Shown here piece by piece: positions 52,050-64,000 of a DNA stretch of 64,000 nt. This DNA is from Marsupella aquatica (taxonomy: Eukaryota > Plantae > Marchantiophyta): positions 12,380,549 through 12,444,548 of the forward strand of contig OZ316896.1 of assembly GCA_973895155.1 (NCBI GenBank). The letters are read 5' to 3'. The stretch's first letter is position 1. Every line of letters starts with the position of its first letter. The notes beneath the pieces are model-generated. The model saw only the letters and a list, made by a program, of their open reading frames with translations. It searched no databases and was not told the DNA's origin. The translations under genes were made by a program, and so were the position numbers.

Positions 52050-54850
52050 TACTTTATACAGGAACTTTTTTTAGTCCATAATGGTTGTATTGAGTCTTGT
52101 TCACTATTGCCTTTGACAGATTTCTTTCTACCAACCAGGCTACCATCATGCCCTTATCCTCTTACAAAGAGTACCCAAATATTCAACACCTTCAAATCTG
52201 CAAAGCTGAATTGTCGCATTTTGGAAAGTACAGCAGCTCCTTCCCCAATGGTGACGAACAATGGATGTTGTTCAAGTTTCCAATTAGAATGATGCCAAGT
52301 GCTACAACATGATGTCTCAAAAGAATTCTGAAGGATTTCTCTATCTTTTCCTGCTGTAGCTCCTGGGATACCCTGAAGCAGGAAAGTCTACATCAGGCAC
52401 AAAATTTATTCTGCACACTAACTTTGAACATAGCCGAAGACAGAGTACACCTAAATAACAGGTTAGTTTGACATACATTTTTTTAATTTTAAAATAGGAG
52501 GTTGAAACTCACATCAAGTCAATCTTAGTCTATGTCAGTACTTATCACTATGAATTCAAACTGATTAATAGTCAGATACTGGTATGCATTTTAGTTCAAG
52601 ATAATTATACATACACGCTAGATGTTGTGCACGGTGTATCAAATTTGAAGGTCTGTAAAATTACTCTGATTGATGATATGCAAGGACAGTGATAGAAGAA
52701 AACATAATAGCACAATCCATTTGTGCTATCAATTCATGGGGCAACCCTTGAAGCCATACCCTTCTTCCAAGGGATGATATAAAACACAATGGCATTGAAA
52801 GGTCAAAATGTTTTGAGGCAAATTACACAATCTGTTTTGTCCCTTTGAAATCAAATTTTTTGAAACTGGGTCTACACTCAACTTGCATAGTAGACTGGTC
52901 ATGTTGCCCATTCTCACCAGGTTTGTTTCCATGGAGAATGTTTCAAAAATCCACCCACACAGTTATACAATCCTTGACCTCCTTGGTGAGACATATAGGT
53001 TTGTCATTGCTGAATATTAACACCGACTAAACATTTGTATGTCACACCGAGCATCCTGCTTTCCCATAAAAACACAGCTTTAATATTGAGATTGAAACTG
53101 AAGATCTAATTTGCAAGCTAGGGTGTAAGCATATCATCTTGAGAAATGAATTCAAACGTGGTTTGTCATAGAGTTTGGATCAGAAGAATAAAGGATACCA
53201 CCAAATGCAAACATGTACTTGAGAGACTACAGAATGATTTTTGAGATAGTTTAACCTCAGGAATTATTAAATTCCTACACAATAATCTATTATTTGTGCA
53301 TTTTGATAGATTGAGCATGCATGTGAGGGTCCATACAACCAGATGTTAAGAACGTTCTGACTACTAACTCAAGAATATAAAATATCCTTATGTGAATCGA
53401 ATGCAGGGTCTATTGGGAATGTTTCAAAGTTGGAAGCTGGTTAGGGCAGTAACTTCACTTGTAGGGTCTAACAAGTAAGCCATTGTCTCAATTGTTGTGT
53501 AGACATTGATCTTCCCAGATGTTCAGTCATTCAACATCGCCCAAAACAATCAAAGCATGACTCACATGCAAATACTATGAAGGGCCTACCTGCTTCTTCA
53601 GTGCATGCTGGAGAACGTCTTCACTTTGGTGTGTGAACCTCAACTTCTCTTGAGCCTTGGTGCTAGGCAAGAGTGGCCAATGATCAGCGTCCCAAGTTTT
53701 GGTTGGCCAATAGGCATGAACTGGAGTTGTCCCCTTTCTAACCTTTAAGTTGTACTTAAGCTTGTTGTCCTTGGATCTATACTTGGCTTCCTCCACTTCC
53801 CGTTTAAGTTTCAAAGTTTCTGTAAAAAGCCTGTACACAAGGGCCTTCTCACAACCAAAGCAGTAGTTTGGGGGTTCTTTCTTGTCTTGTGTCTTCTCTT
53901 GTAAGCTGCCAAGGTCACCCTAGCTAGATTTTAGATTATGCATTTAAGAAATTTAGTCAATTATATTACTAGAATGTATCCACAACAGAACTGAATATAA
54001 TTAACACCTCTCCTCCTCTAGGAAGCATTGGCCCAGCTTGAGACTTATATTAGGATTTCTAAATTGTTTGGCAACTTTGCGTCCGGCTTTGCATTACGAG
54101 TCCTTTGTTTTGTGTGATCCTCATTGTCTCCATCTTTTTGCTAAATGAAAAATTCATGTCTTTCTGTAGTTAGGTGGTGACCCTGATCCAGCTATCTCAT
54201 GTGGGTCTCAAGAAGCTAGAAAAAGGTATGGAAACTTTGCCTAGGATCTCTCTTCGAGGGTGGCACATATGCTAGTTTGCTTCTTTTGTTGATATCTTGC
54301 TTCAATTTCTCATTACATTTCTTGTGTGACATCTCCTTGTCATAGAAAATGTAAAACTTGGGTTTGTTAGGCTCTGGTGTTGACGAAGAAGAAGATCCAC
54401 CTGAAAAGTTTCCCTCGGCTTGCAATGTCTTGAGATCTCCAAATGCTCTCTTTTGACTGGACTGAGAGCTGGGTCGAGAGTTTGATATTCCTGTCCACAC
54501 AGGATTGTAATTCTCTGAAGGAGTCACATGTTCACTCCATGGATTTTTGAGCATGTGAAATTTGCACCGTGCTTTGCATCTGTTACTCCGTGGTCGGGCA
54601 TGGTATTCGCATTGGTCTTGAGCTTCTAGTTTTGTATGCTTCTGGTCTTTGAGACCGCACATGTAACATCTTGGAGTTTCATTCTCAAGATTTTGGTTAG
54701 GTTTTTGAAGCTCCAAGTTTGCTCTGGGAGTAGATGTTCGTTGCCAAGCCCAGACATCGTTCTGCTGTGATAAATAGTGATTTTGTTGTTGCATTGTATG
54801 GAACTGTTTCCCTCAAACTGCTTAACTGAACCAAAACTAGTGTTGTAGCT
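52050..54850 (-). pseudogene. Decayed coding remnant with CxxC motifs, probably TE-derived; family not identified
   Basis: 192-aa ORF 54794-54216 (RCYMCG), fragment near 53880-53575 (NYCFGCE...), and further interrupted protein-like frames down to ~52050. Confidence 0.35.
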
Positions 54851-57505
54851 CAAATGACCTGAGATGCTGTTTGCAACATTATGTATTGGACTCTAAATTC
54901 CAGAGCATTCTCATCCTGGTCGAGACAGCTTTTGTGAAGACAAACATGCTGTTGATTGATTTGCAAGAGCAGTGAAATCCATATATATCATTGCATGGAG
55001 TGCTGGGAATTTGATTGTAGATTGTTCCAAATAGAAGTGGATCAAGGGATATGCTCTTGTACCCTATACAACAATGAAGTAAGGCATCTGTCTCACCAGA
55101 CCTGACCTAGATGGCAGAAATTTAACATAAGATGATTGAAAAGGGTGAAATTCACCAATTAGATATAGAACTGACCCAACACATTCTAATAAAATAAAAG
55201 GAAAAATCAAAGGTTGGAGTGTCAAAAGTTATCAATAATAACAGCTTTTGAGAGGAAGATTTCATGTTCCCCTGTACTAACTTGTTTGTGAAACAGTTTC
55301 TAAAGTTCAAAACACTCCTCAACTCCCTTTCCTTGTTGTGCTTTGTTGGCACTTTGTCAGTATTTCATTATTTTCTTCTTGACCCCAAGAACCTGAACAC
55401 CATTTGATCAACATTCTAAGCCATGTGATTTTGGACTTCGAGGAAGTTAGTTTATAGACCAGTTGTTGATTGAGTATTGTTCTACCCTGAGGTGGAATTG
55501 AGTAGAAAAAGGAACTCTAGAGTATATTTGTACACTTGAATGTGTTACTTGCTTTTTTGCTTTCTCATTTGAGGAAAATCCAACCCAAATCACACATTAA
55601 AGTGACCTAAAACCCACCTGTTATTTTAATCAAGGCCTTATTTCTGGTTATTAAACCAGGCTAGGGAAGTAGAACATAGGAGATTCCAGCATCATAGTAG
55701 GATTGAAGGACACAAAATTAAGTTACCGTAAGAAACAATGACCATTGCAAAGACGCTGACTTGAGACAGTTGTACTGTTATCCTTACAGTGTAAAATTTT
55801 AAGTTCGTATATGTAAAAAGCAAAGTAAAACAAAGCAAAAAGTTCCAATATTTCACTGCACAATATAAAGATAAAAAGGGAAATGACATATCATACTGGC
55901 TAAGATTTTGGTTAACTCATGCTGGAAGTCATACAATTGTTACCATTGCACTTTTATCTGTGTGAAATTCCCGAGCAAAGTGAGGACTCTAGGGAGACAA
56001 TAGTGCTGGTTATCTGTCTATGCACATTGCAAAATGATGGGCAAGAGGGGGAAAGAGTGGGCAAAGCTTCAGAGATAGTTGCTGCTTGTTCCAGGCTTCC
56101 AAGGTGTCAAGTCTCCTACACCTTTGCGGCTGCTAGGCACACCAGTTGCAAATTAAGGTGATGAGGTATCATGGGCAAGTGTTGAGGAATGGGTGTCAGC
56201 ACGAAGGTCAACTTTATCTCAAATTCCTACCCCCTCTTTCCCACACTATTTTCCAATTTGTAAAGGAGTCCATATGAACCCAAAATTGGGCCAAATATTT
56301 GTCTTTCACAACATTTTCCGGTTCTCTCTCACTGCCTAATGTAAATCAACTGAACTGACCAATCAGTATATTATCTATTGATTGAATTACCTACAGGTAG
56401 CCCCTAATTTTTATAGTAACTAATAATTGGGCGAGTACTAGGTTCGTATGGACCACTTAAGGAGAAATCACTGGAGCAGGCTTGGAAAATGACGGGGGTA
56501 AAAATTTGAAATGTCTCACACACACAAGGGCGCACAAAGGCGGGCGCAAAGGTCTGGGTTGGGATTTTGAATCCGGGATCTGAAGGTGCCAACTCATCCC
56601 TCAACCAGCAGGCTGAATGCAGCCACATGACAACATTAAGTGGTGGGGTACTTACTGAGGAAAATTAATCAATACACAAAAGGGCCCAGTGACACACCTG
56701 GCCTTTCTGTGACTAACCTAAAATATCCTCCAGGACAAGATAATAACATCATCCATTCCAGGGTTAGGAGGGCCAGCCACACACGCCTCAGCAAGAAGAT
56801 AGTTGGGTAGAAAATCATCTAGTAGGATCTCATGAAGGAATGTGGAGGGGGGGGGGGGGGGCAAGACAAAGATCTCCTCTGATGCACGGTCTATGCTCTC
56901 ATTATTAGGGCATCTCAATCCTCTTCATTTTTGCCTCCGATCGCGGTCAAGGGCGTTTGCTGGAAAAAAAAGTGGCGGGCACGAAAATGCTTGTCCGCAC
57001 ACTCTTGACCGCAGACCAAAACTGCTACCTTTGAGACAAGTTTTTTTTGCAAACCTGAAGGTTTCAGATACCCTATTATAATGGCAGTGTCACAAACAAC
57101 AATTGTTCTGTTGATTGTAAAAGTCAGCACATATCACACTCTTTGAATGTGCATTTAGTGTTCCTACAAAGTGCAGAAATCATTGGGGCTCACACTTAAG
57201 GGGATTACTCAAATGTAATTGAAAACAGTAATAATGATTCCACCAATTGGCGGTTCAATGGTTAGTTTAGCCACAGAAGAGGAGGCAAATTGTAAACGAG
57301 CAATCACGTTATGTGGTCATCGTTTCCTGGACTAGTTACGTCAACAAATAGTCACCCTTTCATGAAAACCTACTCTCAAATTCGGCCGGAAATTTCGTTA
57401 ATGCGTTTGTTCTCTTGGCCTGCTCTTGTTGATTCATTCTTGTGCATTGACGAAGCTTGAAGCGAATTGGGTGCATTAAAAGGAGAAATATAGCTCTGGG
57501 AAACC

Positions 57506-60500
57506 ATGGCTAGAAGGCTCATCAGTGTGATGGGTCTGCCGGACTCTGCTTTGAGCATGTTTGTCTCACGCAAGCTTCTTTCTGCTAATGTAGGTCTTCC
57601 TTCCATACCACTTCCACACAAAGATACCTGCATTGCGATGATAGATAAGTTTTCTTCTTAGTTTATGCATGTGTTTGGCGAATCCTCACGAGTTGCAGTA
57701 GCAATGTCAAAGAGAGACAGAGAGTTTGGAATGTTGCAAGACCACTGAACTGTCCAGTACCTGAATTTTGTAAAGTTACATTTTGACACGGAACCTTTAT
57801 ATAGTTTTTCTTCATAGAATATCAAATTGAAGCCGTTAGATATTCTAATGGTCTTTGAGTTTTCTTCACATAATTGAAAGCTTGAAAATGTATGCTGAAG
57901 TGGACTCTTACGTTCAGTACTTTTGTGACAATGTACAGGACGTTTTATGTAAAACCGAGCTCGATCTTATGGAACTTCTGGATGTACCTTTGTCAGAGCT
58001 GAGCCCAGCATTAGATCGAGTTCAAGAGTGTGCCTGTCCTTCTCACTGTTCGGTAAGCTTTGTTTGCAATCTGGAGGGACTTGGGGGGCTTGCTAAATAC
58101 CCGAAACTCGATCCAATGTGTTGGAAAATGTTACACAACGGTCTTTGTTTGCTTTTAAGCATCGGAACAGGGGCTACAGCGCTGATTCGTTTGCAAGAGT
58201 GACGTAAAGAACAGCCCTTATCATCCCGTTTCTTTGACTATCTGATGTTCCATGGTAGGACTCTAGTAACAGAGCTGCCACCTTTGATATTGCGTTGATG
58301 AGGGATTCTGATCTAGTTGACTCCAACAGGTCCTTTCATTGTGGGAGGAACGTAAGAAAAAGGAAAAGGGTGGTGGCTATCTGGCAACAAGATTTCAAGA
58401 GCTAGACGAAGCAATGGATGGCGGCATTCCTTTTGGCCTAATAACGGAGCTAGTTGGGGCCCCAGGAGTTGGTAAAACTCAAGTAAGAAAATTTCTGGAA
58501 AACGACGTTGCCAACGGAAGTTGTGTCAGAAGGCTGCTCTATCGCCCAGTTCGTCCACCAAATAATTTCTCGTTTCAACCTCTTCGGTTTACATTTAATG
58601 ATGTCTGAAATTGCCAAAATGCTTGCAGTTATGTCTTATGCTGTCTGTAATGGCTGCCATGCCAGCCGCCGATGGTTGTAGTCGGAGTGTCATCTACATT
58701 GACACTGAACACAAGTTCTCATCCGGAAGGTGTGCAACACATGGCTGAATCGTAGCAGTTGTTGTGATTATAATCACTCTCAGCTTCCTCTCATGTGTAG
58801 AAATTGCTATTCAGTTTGGATAATGAACGAACGACACAATATCTACAAATTTACCTGGTCATTTTGTCGGAGAAGAGTGGGGACGCCTCCAAATTTTGTA
58901 TACTGGATGCCCTTGCATAGGATGATGGAGATTGCGCAAACACAGTTCCCAGAGTTGTCTATCCAGACACAGGTGATGCAGCAGGTACAAATACAAACCG
59001 CTCTCTGACGTGGGACTTCGCCAAGTTGGTCATCAATTTTAAGCCAATGATTATCGCATCTCGTGAGCACAGGTTTCGAGTTTCTGTTCCAGGAAGTCTT
59101 TTAACTATTGCTGCTGTGATTCTCATGTGCTCAAATTCTGCAGCTGGCTAGGCACGTTCTGGTCTTGCATCCTTCCTCCTTGTCCGATCTTATGAAAAGG
59201 TGGGAAGCTCACAGTGGAATGTCGTTAGCTTTTTGGGTTGCAAACGGTTCCAAATTGATGTTGAATTTCTTCTCAGCCAGTGAGGGTCTTGCAGTTTGCA
59301 GGGTTTGGAAGTCATGGTAATTGAACATTCAGCTTGCTTAGTGATCATTGACAGTATAGCCGCACTTCTTTCAGTGTACGTATGGGGTTCTCCCACTGGC
59401 ACACTTAACTGGGCCCTTGCATGAAATCCCTCGTTTGTCTTCGTTTTTGCCTGTCTAGTTCTGTGACCTGCTCTACTCCTTTCCTTAGGTAACGTCAGAA
59501 TGCTCATTTATTAGTCGCATTTCATAATTTCAAGGGACAGCTAGGTCAGGTGGCCATTAGGTTAGTTTTGTTTCTATGCCATAGGTTATGCATTATCAAG
59601 TTGATAAGCTCACTTTGATCTTGGTCTGTGATACACATGACTTGGTGTGGATTTTCTGAAATGCTTGCAGTGACTCTCAGAATGATGATTCGATTCAACG
59701 ACAGGAGATGCTGGGGAAACAAGCATCTCTTCTTAAGTAAGCACAGAGCCTCGGTGTTGTACTCTTCATAAGTACCTTGCCATTTATCCATTCACAAGGA
59801 CGAAAACAACAGTTTCCACATGCACGAACCATTCATCTCCCAATCCTTAGATCAGGTTTACAAGTAATTTATTGCATTGGCTACAAGCTTGTGATATTAA
59901 GCTTGTGATATTGTATTCTGAGAAACTACCAACAAAGTACCTTCCAAGGAGCCTTGACACGTACATAGCTTTAACACTAGTTCTCTGCCCTCAAAAGGAG
60001 TACTCATACCATTTCCCATGAAATTTTTCGTGCAGATTTCTTGCAGAGTCCCTTCGAATTCCTGTAGTAGTTACCAATCAAGTGCGAACCACCGACATTG
60101 ACGATGAAGGCGAACAAATACCAACTGACTATTATGGTAGTCTGTGCTGATTTCACCTACCATTTACATTTAACATGATGTTATAGTCTTTTGCTGAGTA
60201 CATCAGTGCAGAACGTGGAAAATTGCATAGAGAGGACATTGAGAAAAAATGTGCTTTAAAACGCCTCCATCGATTAGTAAATTTCGTTCTATAGACTTAT
60301 ACTATCGTATATTGATTTGTCAATTTGACTTGGCAGATATGCCCTTTTGGGAGGAATGTGACGAGCCAGCAGAAGAGGTCATGGAAGAGGGCCTGACTGC
60401 CGCACTGGGGACGAAGTGGGCGCATTCTGTCAATATCAGGTTATTACTAGAGTTTTCTGCATCAGGTAAATCCGACTCAATTTCTGCCACAGCAGCATGA

Positions 60501-60749
60501 AGCGAAAGCTCGTATCTTCATTAGAAAGTCATTATATCAATCGGCCTATCATTGATCCAAAGTTTCTGCGCTCCATTGAACATTGGATTTTTGTTGCACC
60601 CAGGAGGACGGCATATCAAGATTGTTAAGTCTCCCTTGTCGGCTTTTGCAATCGTTCCCTATTGTGTAACATCGAAGGGGCTAGAGAGGCAAGCTGAGGA
60701 AGTTGACGAATTTGTTGCTTCCACATCTTACGTCGACACGAGAAGATAA
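57506..60749 (+). CDS. RAD51B: DNA repair protein RAD51 paralog B, 11 exons
   Basis: Exons 57506-57589, 57939-58052, 58330-58482, 58629-58729, 58921-58984, 59144-59199, 59295-59375, 59671-59736, 60036-60136, 60337-60465, 60604-60749. MARRLISVMGL...TELDLMELLDV, GGIPFGLITELVGAPGVGKTQ (Walker A), IYIDTEHKFS, LVIIDSIAAL (Walker B), IPVVVTNQVR, AALGTKWAHSVNIRL. Confidence 0.95.
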
Positions 60750-61505
60750 ATTTATTTACTTTCAACGATGCTGATGTAATACAATTGTAGAGTACGTGGC
60801 AGTCAAACCGTAGCGCAGCTGGTTAGTATTTGCTTCTTTGTCACAATCCATGGCAACAAGGGTCTTTTGTGCCCTACGAGAACAAGCTGACTTGAATAGC
60901 ACTCGGACACTACAAATACGGACAACGTCGAGACTCTTCGGGAAAGCCCTTGTATCCGCAGAACGTGCGTTTGCCACAGCATTCAATAGAATTGGGTAGC
61001 GATGTAAATGGTCGAATTTATTTCCTTGATCGCAAATTTTCTCAATCTGATCGACAAGTGCAAAATCAACTTCGCTTGTATTTATTGGAACTCTTAACCT
61101 TGTGACTTCAAGTGCGAATCTCGTTGACATGTGCATAAACGTACTTCGTTTGTATTTGTTGAGACTCTTAATTTTGTGAATTCAATTGCGGCGGTGCAGA
61201 GGGTCGCTGTTTGACATTCTTGTACCGGGTAAGCAATATCCTGGCCGGCAATTGGGAGACGAATATGGTCTTGCTTTGTATAACATATCCCGCACATCAT
61301 GTATTGAAGTACCTCCCTTGGTCTCCAGACGACATTGGTTGATACTCATTTTCCCAAGCCACAATTGAAATGGACGCTTGACTCAGCATTTCAACAGCAA
61401 TTTCAATTCAATTGGAATGAGTAGCATCAATTTAATTTCCACAAAAAAAGTAACAAGAAGGACCACTTCAGCTGTCGTGTCTCAGCATGAAGATATATCA
61501 GGCTG

Positions 61506-63150
61506 TCACCGAGTACCTAATCCGTGCAGCGCCTTCATCTCTCGAATGGTTCCCGATCTCACTTCTTTTGCTATCATATTCAGCTTGTCCATTAATTCCT
61601 GGCATGACTTTTCCTGGGTCTTCTCTAGTTGCATTTCTTCTCTTTCCATTACCTGTCCAAGACAAGTCCACATTGTTACCCAGAGCTAGGATGTATACAA
61701 TAAGCAATCATATCCGTAATGCACCGACAGGCCAGGTACGACCACATTCAAGAAGAAAGGCATCCCAAGAAGAATGTCTTAAACAGAACTTCCAGAGCTC
61801 ACCAACAGCAGTTGCTCATTGTCGTCTGCCTCTACCCTGGCCTTATACTCGCGTGCCTTCAATGCCTCAAAATCAGGATGGCCCTTGCCCACTAGCCGTG
61901 GTTTTATCTTGTTGGGACTCCTTCTCCAAGGATGATCTATCAGCAGGAGAGGAGTTGCCGGAATTGCCCGGGCAGGCCGTGGCATGGCCCCAACCATGAA
62001 CAAGTACTCTCTTAGCTCTCGAACCACTTGATCTCTTTGATCCTTGTTCTGCATTTCCGCAATTGCAGCCCCTGTGAACTTCGTATTCGCAGGGTTGAGT
62101 ACCATCTTCACTCCCAGCACCGTCCCAAACTGCCCCAATGCCGACCTTACAGTGGCGTGCGTGACGTTGGAGGCCAAATTATCAAGTACGACGCATCGCT
62201 CAGCCAAATTCTCAAAACATGTCGTTCTCTGTTCCTCGCTCATGGGCCGCCGTTCGTCATCCCAACTCAACCGATCGGATCGCCAATCCCACCAAGAGTC
62301 TTTTCCCATTCTGCTCTGCACTTCACTTTGTCATGATACGATCCTTCTATAGAACCAAAAATCGAGTTTCCTATTTCGAGGAAATTACATACAAAACCTA
62401 TCAGTGATCTATTAAGTGCTTGCGCAGCTCGTTGCTAGCTCAAGCGCGGGGTAATTAGGAAAAATCCGTCCACTACGTACATTAGTCTGTAATCAGGTCC
62501 TCAATACCGTACGTGAAATGAAGTTCAAACCAGAAGAGCAGTACATCATCCTCGGAGCACCCTAAGGATGAAATAACCGCGAAGAAAAAGCAATTCGCCA
62601 TGACAAATGTCACGTTCGGGCACGTCATTACACTATGTAGAAGGGTTGCACTTTCCACTTGGAAAGTTTTTCAAGGTGAAGACTGGAGAGGTCGCCAGTC
62701 CACAAATGATAACGAGATATTGAAGATGATGGAGGAAGTATATTCGAGTAAGACGAATTTTAGGCATACAGTAATATTTGTTGTTCACCATGCAAGGGTA
62801 ACGAGACAACAATGAAGATGATCATCCACAGATTAGAATCGAAATACCAGTGCACAAACCCTAACTTCCCGGACAATTTCGTTATGGTGCGATCAACTCC
62901 ATTCAGCTACGCAATCTATCTATTAGTCAAGAAATCTCTTCAGCTTCAAAGGCTTTAACTCTCGGTCTTAAGTGTGAAAGACGCATTTACTTTTTCTTCG
63001 ACAACGCCAGAAGCGAAGCCATGCCAGATTTCCTGGGCAACCCAAACTCAACACATTATTTTTGAAAGCGGATCGACCCATAAATTTCTTTCTCACCGCG
63101 AATTGGTCTTCCCCCCGGGGCCGCTTGCGCGACGGATCCTGTTGCATCAT
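61506..63150 (-). CDS. AIPP1: RRM protein, AIPP1/EDM3-like, 3 exons (the first exon is less certain)
   Basis: Exons 63150-63097, 62315-61803, 61652-61506. VVLDNL...SALGQFGTV...AIAEM...FMVGAMPRPARA...HPDF, followed by a coiled tail, recalls ASI1-immunoprecipitated protein 1. Alternative start at 62309. Confidence 0.78.
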
Positions 63151-63191
63151 CTCCCCCGTCCTTCCTTCTCCTCAAATGTGATGAATCGAAA

Positions 63192-63226
63192 GTTGTCGTT
63201 GTCGTTGTCGTCGTCGTCGTCTTCGT
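63192..63226. repeat. (GTC/GTT)n trinucleotide microsatellite in the AIPP1-like 5' leader
   Basis: gttgtcgttgtcgttgtcgtcgtcgtcgtcttcgt. Confidence 0.8.
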
Positions 63227-64000
63227 GGTTGCAAAATCCCCAATCTCCAAGCTTCCTCAAACATCATCCCTCGATAGTTTGCTTCTGTTCTTCGCCCATT
63301 CCATTCCATACCCCCACAAATAATCATTACCTCGATTCCATAACTCCATCACTCTTGCCTCGCCATTGCCATTGCTCTCGCTCCGGACTACATGGTTGGC
63401 AAATGTACAAGTAGGCAAAGGGAGATGAGGGCGAGAGAGCATATTGATCGAGCGCATCGACTGCATAGTTGTACCATAGTTCCCTCCTTTACTATGGTCG
63501 GGTGCCGACTCCCCCCACTCTACTAGCGAAGTGCCGCCCCAGCTAAGAGAGGACCTTGCGAAAATAGTAATTACTGACCCCATTAGAGGTCCTTTCCAAA
63601 ATTCCTGGTTCCACAGCGCGCCACATCATCATGGCACGCCACAAACAAAAAGTGACTTGTTTTTGGATAAAATTTACTTTTGCATTCGTGTTTGTGGTAA
63701 CTTTACTGTAAAAATTGGGACGCCATGCCATAAAAAAGAATGTAAAAAATTTGAAATGTAAATCAGAGACAAAAAAATTGAGGTAAAACTACTCCCAGTA
63801 ACAATTTTATTTGCATTTTGATTTTATTCAAAACATAAACATTTTCCCGACAACAATTTTAGATTTGACATTGTTGAGTCATATCATAATGAAAATTCAC
63901 GTATAATATGACGTTGAAAAGATCTTGAAGAGACGGCCCTGATGAGCTCAACATTGTCACCATCCGATAAGAATTGAGTAAGTAGTTTGAAAAATAGATT

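Noticed and set aside
1-64000. tRNA, rRNA or snRNA genes
   Set aside because: None were recognised by eye. A tRNAscan-SE/Infernal run would be needed to exclude them.

Overview
Eukaryotic, intron-rich land-plant DNA. Gene content and intron style suggest a bryophyte, possibly a liverwort; this is inference. Eight spliced protein-coding genes were reconstructed by hand: APC2 (+, 15 exons), BLOS2/BLOC1S2 (+), an AN1 zinc-finger SAP12-type gene (-), a divergent plastid KAS I-like ketoacyl-ACP synthase (+), an ABCD half-transporter (+), thioredoxin m (-), RAD51B (+) and an AIPP1/EDM3-like RRM protein (-). Six of them form three convergent pairs. Between the genes lie a decayed intron-containing MULE transposase, two copies of a Mutator-type MITE with 9-bp TSDs, a 358-bp TIR element with an 8-bp TSD and a (GGGTTC)n core, a foldback made of inverted tandem arrays, a probable Ty3/Gypsy solo LTR, a 3' fragment of an RLE-type LINE and two unidentified decayed coding-like tracts. 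The most interesting observations are the altered acyl-pocket residues of the KAS, two GC-AG introns, locus-specific tandem arrays at the 5' ends of three genes, and the foldback. No prokaryotic system or CRISPR array is supported. Protein assignments rest on recalled family motifs, not database searches, and hand-read coordinates may be off by a few bases.
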